Part shown: piece after piece, positions 32,170-40,523 of the stretch | Numbering within the stretch: position 1 is the first letter of the stretch | Layout: every line of letters starts with the position of its first letter | Origin: an uncultured delta proteobacterium | GTDB taxonomy: Bacteria; Desulfobacterota; Desulfobacteria; Desulfobacterales; B30-G6 | Direction of reading: 5' to 3' | Assembly (NCBI GenBank): GCA_963823335.1 | Contig: CAWGLD010000005.1 | Span: 160,001-224,000 of the forward strand | DNA: 64,000 nucleotides | Program-made: the position numbers and the translations under genes | The notes under the pieces: model-generated | What the model saw: only the letters and a program-made list of their open reading frames with translations | Told to the model about the DNA's origin: nothing | Databases searched by the model: none

Positions 32170-33982
32170 ATGAAATTCAAGGGATATAAAGGACAGCTCT
32201 TGGTTGTAGATCTGACCTCGGGAACCATTGGCAAGCGGGGTCTCGACGAAGCGATCCTCCAAAAATATATCGGTGGCCGCGGTCTTGCAGCCAGAATTCT
32301 CTACGATGAAATCAAAGCCAAAGCCGACCCATATTCAGATGACAACCGTCTTCTCTTTATCACTGGGCCAGCCGCTGGTACGCTCATCCCCACCAGTGGG
32401 CGTTACGGTGTGGGTACCAAGTCGCCTTTAACCGGAGGCTTTTCCGTAGGATATGCCGGTGGACACTGGGCCAATAATTTGAAATACGCTGGTCATGACG
32501 GCATTCTATTTCAGGGCAGGAGTCCCAGTCCGGTTTACCTGTTTGTGGATGACGACAAGATCGAACTTCGTGATGCCGGAACCCTGTGGGGCAAGACCAC
32601 CGAACAAACTGAAGACACCCTGAAAAATGATCTGGGAAAGGGTTTTGAAATAGCCTCCATCGGGTTTGGCGGTGAGAACCAGGTTGGCTACGCAACCATA
32701 AGCAATGAGCAGCACGTGGTGGGCCGGGCCGGACAGGGTGCCGTCATGGGCTGGATGAACCTGAAAGCCGTCGCGGTTCGGGGGTCCGGAAGCGTCGATA
32801 TGGGTGTTGCAGGCAGGCAAGGTATCCAGGATGTTTTTTTTCTACACAAGACCATCCGCGAGAATGAAGTACGGGGACTCTTTCGCGATGTCGGTACCAC
32901 CGGCATGCTCGATCCCATAAACGAAGCAGCGGGCCAGCCCAGTTTTAATTTTCAAAAAACCTCTTTTCCAGATGTTGAAAAAATAAATGCCAACAACATG
33001 CGGCCCTGGTTTCAGAGGTTCGAATCCTGCTCCGGTTGTCCTGTGGCATGCGGCTCGATAACCAAATTCAAGCTGGACGGTGCTGACTTCACCACCGAAC
33101 GAATCGAGCATCAGAGTGTGGGAGCCCTGGCAACGAATTGCGGTATCTCCGATCTGCCGCGGGTCTTCGAAGCGCACGACCTCTGTGATAAATATGGTAT
33201 CGACACAATTTCTGCGGGTCTCTCCATCGCCTGGGCCATGGAGTGTTCTGAAAAGGGTTTGCTGTCCCTCGAAGAAGCGGACGGACTAGAAAATCAAGTT
33301 TGGCAATGCAATGGTCCTCAAGCCTTTGATTGAAAAAATCGCCCGAAAAGAAGGCATTGGTGCCTTGCTGGCCAAGGGGGTCCGGGCGGCTTCCCAGGAA
33401 CTGGGACGCGGATCGGAAAAATACGCCATGCACGTCAAGGGGCTGGAGATGCCCGGGTACGATCCGCGTGGCTTTTTCGGTATGGCTCTCAATCTGGCCA
33501 CAACCGCCCGTGGGGCCGACCATAATAAGGCTTTTACCATCGCGGCCGAGTTTCTGGGTGTTCTGGGCGATTACGACCGGTTTGCCTATGAAGGCAAGGC
33601 CGAGCTGGTCAAACGGATGCAGGATTCGACCGTTATTATCGACTCTATTATCATGTGCATGTTTACGGTGGATCTGGGTATCAGCGTGGATCTGTATGCC
33701 AAGGCCGTCAATCTCGCCACCGGTATGAACATAAGCGCTGACGATGTCTATACCATCGGTGACCGGGTCAACACGCTGGAGCGTCTGTTCAACCTGCGTG
33801 AAGGTGTCGGTTCGGACCAGGATAGACTGCCCGAACGGTTTGCCGAGGAGCCCGGTTCCGACCCGGAAGGACATGTAGTGGACGTATCCAGGATGTTGCC
33901 GGAGTATTATGAGCTCAGAGGATGGGATAAAAACGGTGTTCCGACCCCAGAGCATCTAAAAAAAATAGGCATCGACATTTAA
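32170..33982 (+). CDS. Aldehyde:ferredoxin oxidoreductase, copy 2, +1 frameshift near 33290
   Basis: YIGGRGL, KSPLTG, CSGCPVAC, DKYGIDTIS; next frame GYDPRG, RGADH, DSIIMC; extra A in gaaaatc. Confidence 0.9.
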
Positions 33983-34013
33983 TACCGAATAAAAACAAGA
34001 AAGGAAAATATTC

Positions 34014-35204
34014 ATGGCAAATCTCAATGTGAATTTTGCAGGATTGGAGCTGAAGAATCCATTTATCGCAGCCTCTTCCGAGTTGACCGATGAGTTCGAC
34101 AAAATCCGATGGGCAGAAGACTTCGGCGCCAGCGCCGTTTGTACCAAACTTGCGTTTCTCCAGGTGCCCTTTTATGCGCGTCCCTACCACGTGTTTGAAA
34201 AGGGAGGCGGATTTTACTCCCCCTCCGGGCATCGCCTGGGTGTGGAAGAGGCGCAGGTACTGATCCGTAAAACCAAGGAACAGACCGAACTGAAGGTGAT
34301 TGCCAACATGATGGGCCCCGGGGAAAATCTCGAAGGCTGGGTCAAGCTGGCTCAGATGCTCGAAGAGGCCGGCGCGGATATGGTGGAACTGAACATGTCC
34401 TGCCCCAACGTCGGTCTGATGGCAAAAAAGATGAACGTCGATGTCACCGATGAACTGGGAGCCCACCTGGGCAAGAACCCCGTACTGGCGCGAGAAGTCT
34501 GCCGGGCAATCTCGAGCAATCTCACCATTCCGGTCATGGCAAAAATGACCCCGGAAGGGCCTTGTGACATCGTGGCCGAGGGGTGTCAGCAGGGTGGTGC
34601 AGCCGCGGTGTCCGGGATCAATTGCCCCATGTCTCTGCCGGGATGTGATATTTACAACGACGGAAAGCCCCTTTACCCCAGCACCCATAATCAGTCCTTT
34701 GCCGGTATTTGCGGACCTTGGATTCGCCCACTGGCCTTCCGGCACATAGCCCAGATGCGTATGAAGTGTCCTGATCTGCCCATCGCCGGTGGCGGCGGTA
34801 TATCAAACTGGCAGCAATCTGTCCAGATGGTCATGTACGGTGCCACCGTCCTGACATACTGTACCCTGTTTTACACCGATGGCTACAAGGCTTTACCCAA
34901 GCTTGAAAAAGGTGTGCGGAAGTGGATGGACGAGATGGGGCACGAAACCCTGGCTGATTTTCAGAATATTGCCCTCAAACACATCGTCACCCCGCAAAAA
35001 GTCGAATACTTTGACGCCTACCCGGTCATCGATGAAGAGAAATGTAACGGCTGCAAGGTGTGTGTAGACCTGGGTCACTGTGAAGTAATGTCCTTTGACG
35101 AGGAAAGTAAAAAGGCCCATGTCCAAAAAAAGGACAAGTGCTACATGTGCGGTGTCTGCTACTGGCTCTGCAAGCGCAAGGCCATTACCATGGAAGCTGT
35201 CTAA
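34014..35204 (+). CDS. Dihydropyrimidine dehydrogenase PreA-like FMN TIM-barrel with C-terminal ferredoxin domain
   Basis: GLELKNPFIAAS, ELNMSCPN, PVMAKMTP, GIN, GGGGIS, CNGCKVC and CYMCGVCYWLC. Confidence 0.85.
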   Translation: MANLNVNFAGLELKNPFIAASSELTDEFDKIRWAEDFGASAVCTKLAFLQVPFYARPYHVFEKGGGFYSPSGHRLGVEEAQVLIRKTKEQTELKVIANMMGPGENLEGWVKLAQMLEEAGADMVELNMSCPNVGLMAKKMNVDVTDELGAHLGKNPVLAREVCRAISSNLTIPVMAKMTPEGPCDIVAEGCQQGGAAAVSGINCPMSLPGCDIYNDGKPLYPSTHNQSFAGICGPWIRPLAFRHIAQMRMKCPDLPIAGGGGISNWQQSVQMVMYGATVLTYCTLFYTDGYKALPKLEKGVRKWMDEMGHETLADFQNIALKHIVTPQKVEYFDAYPVIDEEKCNGCKVCVDLGHCEVMSFDEESKKAHVQKKDKCYMCGVCYWLCKRKAITMEAV

Positions 35205-35295
35205 GATTGATCTCAGTCACCAAACAAAAATCGATACGTAATATTTTATCACAACCGATGTGCTACAGAGGTTGGGAAAATGGAGGTTCTTTAAC

Positions 35296-36714
35296 ATGCC
35301 GTATGATAGCTTTCAGCATTATTTAGAGACGCTTGAAAAAAATGACTGTGTCAAGTGGGTCGAGAAAGAAGTAGATAAAGATTGGGAAATTACGAGTGTG
35401 GCTCGTAATTACTTCAGGAAAACCAAGGAAAGTGAAAGATGTGCATTGGGCTTTCGAAACGTGAAAGGGTACGACATTCCCGTGGTTCTCGGAGCCATCG
35501 GGGCATCCCGGAAAATATATGGTCTCGCCATTGAAACAGACCCTGGGTTCAGCAGTATCAAAGAGACCTTGTCCGGTGCTCTGGCAAACCCCATCGACCC
35601 GGTAGTGGTCGATAGTGGCCCGTGCAAGGATGTGATTTTGACCGGTGATGAAGTGGACTTGTACCGCTTTCCCATTCCCACATGGACACCGGAAAAGGAT
35701 CCAGCTCCATTTCTGACAGCCCCTTGTCTGTTCACACGCCACGCTGAAACCGGGGTTGGAAACATCGGAACTTACCGGATGGAAATAAAGGCCAAAAATG
35801 AAACAGGTGTGTTATGGGATCTTCCAAGCCAACATGGCGCCGTTCATTACGCCTCATGGGAAAAACGGAACGAACCCATGCCCATGGCGGTTGTCATCGG
35901 AGCGGATCCGACCATCATCATGTCATCGGTAAGCAAGGTGCCGTTGGGGGTTGACGAAATATCCGTTGCCGGAGGACTGCGTGGCAAACCCGTGGAGGTG
36001 GTCAAATGCGAAACATGCGACATATACGTACCAGCCACCGCCGAAATCGTTCTCGAAGGCGTGGTTTTGCCTGGTGAGAGTGTGGTGGAAGGACCCTTTG
36101 GGGAATACACCGGATACATGGGTGGTCCGTATATGATGCCCAAGTTTTATGTCAAGTGCATCACCCATCGCAAAAAGCCGGTCTATCACGCACTGTTCAG
36201 CCAGATGCCGCCAAGCGAGAGCAGCCTGATGCGGCAGCTGCCCGAAGAGGCCAATGTCTATCAACATCTGAACGGCTATCTGAAAATACCCGGTATAAAG
36301 GACGTTCATCTGCCTGAGGCAGGCGGGAGCTACTCCATCTGCTGGATCAGCATGAAAACCTCCTTTCCCGGACACGTACAGCAAGTCTTGTCCGCTGCCT
36401 GGACCCACCACCCCACATTTGCCAAATGGATCGTGGTCACCGACGATGACGTGGACATTCGCGACCCGTTTATACGGGAATGGATTCTGGCTTTTAGGGT
36501 GGAACCTCAAAAAGACATCACGTTTATGCCAAACACGGCCCCCATACTCCTGGATCCATCCTCGGATCCCCCCGAGGTGCCGCTATGGGATCGGCGCTCT
36601 TCCAAGGTGCTGATCGATGCCACCCAGAACTGGGAATATCCGGAAATTGCCTTGCCGCCCCAGAAGTATTTGGACCAGGCGGCTGACCAGTGGGAAAAAT
36701 ACGAATTAGATTGA
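35296..36714 (+). CDS. UbiD-family (prFMN-dependent) decarboxylase
   Basis: NIGTYRME, VVIGADP, VPATAEIVLEG, EGPFGEYTGY, VTDDDVD, KVLIDAT. Confidence 0.93.
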   Translation: MPYDSFQHYLETLEKNDCVKWVEKEVDKDWEITSVARNYFRKTKESERCALGFRNVKGYDIPVVLGAIGASRKIYGLAIETDPGFSSIKETLSGALANPIDPVVVDSGPCKDVILTGDEVDLYRFPIPTWTPEKDPAPFLTAPCLFTRHAETGVGNIGTYRMEIKAKNETGVLWDLPSQHGAVHYASWEKRNEPMPMAVVIGADPTIIMSSVSKVPLGVDEISVAGGLRGKPVEVVKCETCDIYVPATAEIVLEGVVLPGESVVEGPFGEYTGYMGGPYMMPKFYVKCITHRKKPVYHALFSQMPPSESSLMRQLPEEANVYQHLNGYLKIPGIKDVHLPEAGGSYSICWISMKTSFPGHVQQVLSAAWTHHPTFAKWIVVTDDDVDIRDPFIREWILAFRVEPQKDITFMPNTAPILLDPSSDPPEVPLWDRRSSKVLIDATQNWEYPEIALPPQKYLDQAADQWEKYELD

Positions 36715-36728
36715 TCAAGGAGAATTCT

Positions 36729-37679
36729 ATGAAAACTTTCGATATAAAAAAGGTGGCGGTTATCGGCACCGGAACCATGGGCCCGGGTATCGCCCAGGTG
36801 CTGGCTCAGCACGAGATCGATGTGCAGATATTCGACATCGATCCCGAACAGTTAATAAAAGCTCGGGAAACCCTGGGCGCGAACCTGGGCCTGGTGAAAC
36901 AGGCCGGTATGCTCTCTGACACCGAAGCGGTAGAGATCCAGAACCGGATTCAAAACGCCGCCAGTCTGGCGGATGCTGTCTTGAATGCCGACCTGGTACT
37001 CGAGGTCATTCCCGAAGTGATGGATCTCAAGACACGGCTTTTGCGTGAACTGGACGAAATCTGCGGGCCGGACACCATCCTGGCCAGCAACACCTCGGGG
37101 CTCAGCATTACCAGGATGGCCCAGGCCACCCGGCGTCCGGAAAAAGTGGTTGGTATGCACTGGTGGAACCCACCCATAATCATCCCGGTCATCGAAATCG
37201 TCAAGGGTGAGTCAACGGGTGAGGATGTTCTGCAAACAGTTGATAATCTGATCCGTAAAATAGGTAAGGTACCGGTTCTGGTCAAAAAAGACGTTCCGGG
37301 CTTTTTGGGCAATCGCTTACAGTACGCGCTCATGCGAGAAGCAATTGCGCTATTGAACGAGGGGGTTGCCAGCGCGGAAGACATCGACACCATGATCAAG
37401 GCCGGAATCGGATTCAAGTTTCCCGTTATGGGACCACTTGAAACAATCGACATGGCGGGTCTGGACATTTACTACCGCGTGTCCCAGTACCTGAATAAAG
37501 AGTTGGACAAGTCCGAAGGCGCCGCGCCCATCGTTGCCAAGATGGTCGAGCAGGGCGATCTGGGTCTCAAGAGCGGCAAAGGTTTCTACGATTATTCAAA
37601 CCAGGATGTCAAAGCGTTGATGGGTGGAAGGATTAAAAAACTGCTCCTTCTGCTGAAAGAGCTGGGATACGTGAAATAG
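36729..37679 (+). CDS. 3-hydroxyacyl-CoA dehydrogenase-family protein, 5-formyl-3-hydroxy-2-methylpyridine-4-carboxylate dehydrogenase-like
   Basis: GTGTMGPG, SNTSG, GMHWWNPPIIIPVIE, VKKDVPGF, GIGFK...GP, DMAGLDIY; family certain, specific assignment from recalled similarity and context. Confidence 0.75.
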   Translation: MKTFDIKKVAVIGTGTMGPGIAQVLAQHEIDVQIFDIDPEQLIKARETLGANLGLVKQAGMLSDTEAVEIQNRIQNAASLADAVLNADLVLEVIPEVMDLKTRLLRELDEICGPDTILASNTSGLSITRMAQATRRPEKVVGMHWWNPPIIIPVIEIVKGESTGEDVLQTVDNLIRKIGKVPVLVKKDVPGFLGNRLQYALMREAIALLNEGVASAEDIDTMIKAGIGFKFPVMGPLETIDMAGLDIYYRVSQYLNKELDKSEGAAPIVAKMVEQGDLGLKSGKGFYDYSNQDVKALMGGRIKKLLLLLKELGYVK

Positions 37680-37720
37680 CTTTTTAATTGCATCTTTATT
37701 TCCAGATGAAGGAGGCACAT

Positions 37721-38722
37721 ATGAAATCAAGCATCACACTGATCAAGGGCGCCAGGTTGATCGTGGAGCATTGCATGACGGTCAAGGCCGACGACAAGGT
37801 CCTGATTATCGCCGACGATGAGCACATGCCGGAAGCACAAAGTATTGCCGGCGTGGCATACTCACTGGGAGCCTATCCCGTGATTGCCAATGTGACCCAT
37901 CATGTCAGCGCCGCATTGGCTTCCATGACGGTGCCCATGGAACCACCGGCGCATCTGGCCCAGGCTATGCTGAACGCCGACGAGATCATCATCACCACCA
38001 ACCTGGAATGGGCAAACCGTTTTGCCCACGTAGACCCGGTCAAAGGCAGCGTCGAACGCGGTGCCAAGATAGCCTCCGTCGAGGAGGGGCTGGGCAGCTG
38101 GGACCTTGAGATCAGCGACATCGACCTGATCACCGAACGGGCGGAGAAGATAATCACGGCCATGCAAGGCGCCAAGTGGGTTCACGTAACCAATCCAGCG
38201 GGCACCGATGTCAATGTCTGTATTGAGAATCGGCCGCCACTGAAGGTCGTTCCGGTAAAAGAACCCGGTATCATGATGGGCCCAATCCCGTTGTGGGGGG
38301 AGGTCGCATATGCCGCCGTTGAGAACAAAACCCACGGCAAGATCGTGGTGGACGGTATCATGCTGGGTGTCGGGATCAGTGGCACCTTGCCGGAACATAT
38401 GACCTGGACCATCGAAAACGGTCGTGCGGTGGATATTTCCGGTGGCGAGGCAGCGCAAAAATTAAAAAAGGTCGTAGCCGATGCTGAGGAGAATGCCAAC
38501 ACCATTGCCGAATTTGCCATCGGTACCAGTCATAAGGAAAAATTCGGTAGCCCTTCTGAAAAAGGCATGCTGGGAACGGTCCACTTTGCCCTGGGGGACA
38601 ATGCCCACTGCTACCCCGGGGGACAGAGCTGGTGCAGTGTTCATCTTGATGGCAGTGTTCGGGATGTGACCATCGAAGTGGATGGCAAGCCGATTATGAA
38701 AGACGGCCAACTCATCATCTAA
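37721..38722 (+). CDS. Aminopeptidase T/M29-like metalloprotein (NicX-related fold)
   Basis: GEV, HGKIVVDG, IAEFAIGT, EKGMLGTVHFALGDN, HLDG. Confidence 0.8.
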   Translation: MKSSITLIKGARLIVEHCMTVKADDKVLIIADDEHMPEAQSIAGVAYSLGAYPVIANVTHHVSAALASMTVPMEPPAHLAQAMLNADEIIITTNLEWANRFAHVDPVKGSVERGAKIASVEEGLGSWDLEISDIDLITERAEKIITAMQGAKWVHVTNPAGTDVNVCIENRPPLKVVPVKEPGIMMGPIPLWGEVAYAAVENKTHGKIVVDGIMLGVGISGTLPEHMTWTIENGRAVDISGGEAAQKLKKVVADAEENANTIAEFAIGTSHKEKFGSPSEKGMLGTVHFALGDNAHCYPGGQSWCSVHLDGSVRDVTIEVDGKPIMKDGQLII

Positions 38723-38738
38723 GAAAGAGAGGAAAGCA

Positions 38739-39101
38739 ATGGGTATCAAAATTGTCAAAATATCTGAAATCGAGGCCATTCCGCTACCCAATGACAGCTG
38801 GTCAAAAAAAGTGTTGACCGCTGAAACTGTCGGGGCCGGGAAAATGTGTATGGGTGTATCTAAATTTGCTCCCGGGGTGGTGACGGACTTGTTGGTACAC
38901 GAAGAAGAGGAGCTGGCATACGTGCTCAAGGGTAAGGGCAGCCTGCGTCTAAAGGACGGTTCAGAGGTAACATACGAAGCAGGTGACGGCATCTACATCC
39001 CACCCGGAGTAGCGCACAGCGTGGTCAACGAAGGGAACGAAGACGTCGAAATGGTTTTCGGGTTTTCTTGGCCGGACTATCCTCCCACGCACAAGGAATA
39101 A
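38739..39101 (+). CDS. Cupin-domain protein
   Basis: HEEEELAYVLKGKG...GDGIYIPPGVAHSVVN. Confidence 0.9.
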   Translation: MGIKIVKISEIEAIPLPNDSWSKKVLTAETVGAGKMCMGVSKFAPGVVTDLLVHEEEELAYVLKGKGSLRLKDGSEVTYEAGDGIYIPPGVAHSVVNEGNEDVEMVFGFSWPDYPPTHKE

Positions 39102-39113
39102 CCGTCCGTATTG

Positions 39114-39141
39114 TCCGAAGACGACTGGCCGTCGTTTTCGG
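39114..39141 (+). terminator. Intra-operon stem-loop
   Basis: ccgaagacgac-tggcc-gtcgttttcgg. Confidence 0.45.
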
Positions 39142-39174
39142 GCCGGACACAACCGCATTATCAGGGAGAGTTTT

Positions 39175-40056
39175 ATGAAAGCCTTTGATTATGAGCGGCC
39201 CTCGGGTTTTGAAGATGCCTGTCGGTTACTGAATGGGGCCGGTGGCAGCAAGAAAGTTTTGGCGGGAGGGACGGATCTTCTTGTCAAAACAAGACATGGG
39301 GTGATTGCTCCAGAAGGGATGATCAGTCTCAGGGACATTCCCGGGTTGTCGGACATCTCATTTGATCCTGACAAGGGTCTATCGCTCGGTGCCATGACGC
39401 GACTTACCGATGTCGAAAACGATGGTATCGTGAAAGAACAATACCCGGCACTTGGCGCGGCAGTCGCTACCATAGGATCCACACAGGTCCGAAACAGGGC
39501 CACCATCGGAGGCAACATATGCAATGCGGCACCATCAGCGGATTCACCGCCGATCCTAATCGCCTACGGGGCTTCCGTAGTTATCGGGGATGGAAAAACT
39601 GAACGAGAAGTGCTGTTAGAGGAGTTTTTTACCGGCCCAGGACAGACCGTTCTGCGGGTGGGGGAAATCGTCAAGCAGATTCTTGTCCCGACACCGCCAA
39701 AAAATGTCTTCGCTATCTACATCAAGGCCGCCAGGTCTGCCCTCGATATCGCCCTTGTCGGTGTGGCCCTTGTGGCCATTTACGATCCTGCCGATTTGGT
39801 GGTCAAGGATCTGAAAGTAGCTTTGGCGGCCGTGGCGCCGACACCGGTTCGATCCAGAGAAATGGAACGCATCGTCATTGGAAACAGACTCGACCAGGCA
39901 ATCATCGAGAAAGCCGTTGGAGAATCCTGCACCGATGCCTGTTCCATAACCGATATCCGGACAACCGAAGGCTATCGGGACACATTGGTTGAAACTCACA
40001 CCAGGCAGGCGCTTGAAGCGGCCAGGGCCTGGATCGAAAAGGGAGGTGCGCGGTGA
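39175..40056 (+). CDS. Xanthine dehydrogenase-family FAD subunit
   Basis: AGGTDL, QVRNRATIGGNICNAAPSAD. Confidence 0.95.
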   Translation: MKAFDYERPSGFEDACRLLNGAGGSKKVLAGGTDLLVKTRHGVIAPEGMISLRDIPGLSDISFDPDKGLSLGAMTRLTDVENDGIVKEQYPALGAAVATIGSTQVRNRATIGGNICNAAPSADSPPILIAYGASVVIGDGKTEREVLLEEFFTGPGQTVLRVGEIVKQILVPTPPKNVFAIYIKAARSALDIALVGVALVAIYDPADLVVKDLKVALAAVAPTPVRSREMERIVIGNRLDQAIIEKAVGESCTDACSITDIRTTEGYRDTLVETHTRQALEAARAWIEKGGAR

Positions 40057-40523
40057 AACGGGAACTCAACACAACGATCAACGGTCAGCCTTACAACCTC
40101 TTCGTGAGCACTCACCGCACACTTCTTGAGGTCATTCGCGACGACCTCGGTCTGACCGGGACCAAGGTGGGCTGTGAGATGGGAGAGTGCGGCGCCTGTA
40201 CGGTAATCATGGATGGCCGAACGGTTAATTCCTGCCTGGTTCTGGCACATGAGGCAGAAGGTTGTGAGGTGCAAACCATCGAGGATTTGGCAAAAGATGG
40301 CAAGCTGCATCCCATCCAGACATCGTTTATCGAACACGGAGCCATACAGTGCGGTTTCTGTACTTCCGGCATGATCATGTCAACCAAAGGTCTTTTGGAA
40401 AAGAACCCCCATCCCCTAAATGATGAAATCCGTTCAGAAATGCGGGGTAACATCTGCCGTTGTACAGGATACGTCAAGATCGTCGAGGCCATTGAAGCCG
40501 TCAGGGATGGAGGTGACAAATGA
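40053..40523 (+). CDS. Xanthine dehydrogenase-family [2Fe-2S] subunit
   Basis: GCEMGECGACTV, NSC, QCGFCT, NICRCTGY. Confidence 0.96.
   Translation: MKRELNTTINGQPYNLFVSTHRTLLEVIRDDLGLTGTKVGCEMGECGACTVIMDGRTVNSCLVLAHEAEGCEVQTIEDLAKDGKLHPIQTSFIEHGAIQCGFCTSGMIMSTKGLLEKNPHPLNDEIRSEMRGNICRCTGYVKIVEAIEAVRDGGDK

Noticed and set aside
5821-33295. Programmed frameshifting or selenocysteine read-through
   Set aside because: The breaks are frame changes in unrelated genes with no shared slippery site; no in-frame TGA at a Cys position was seen.
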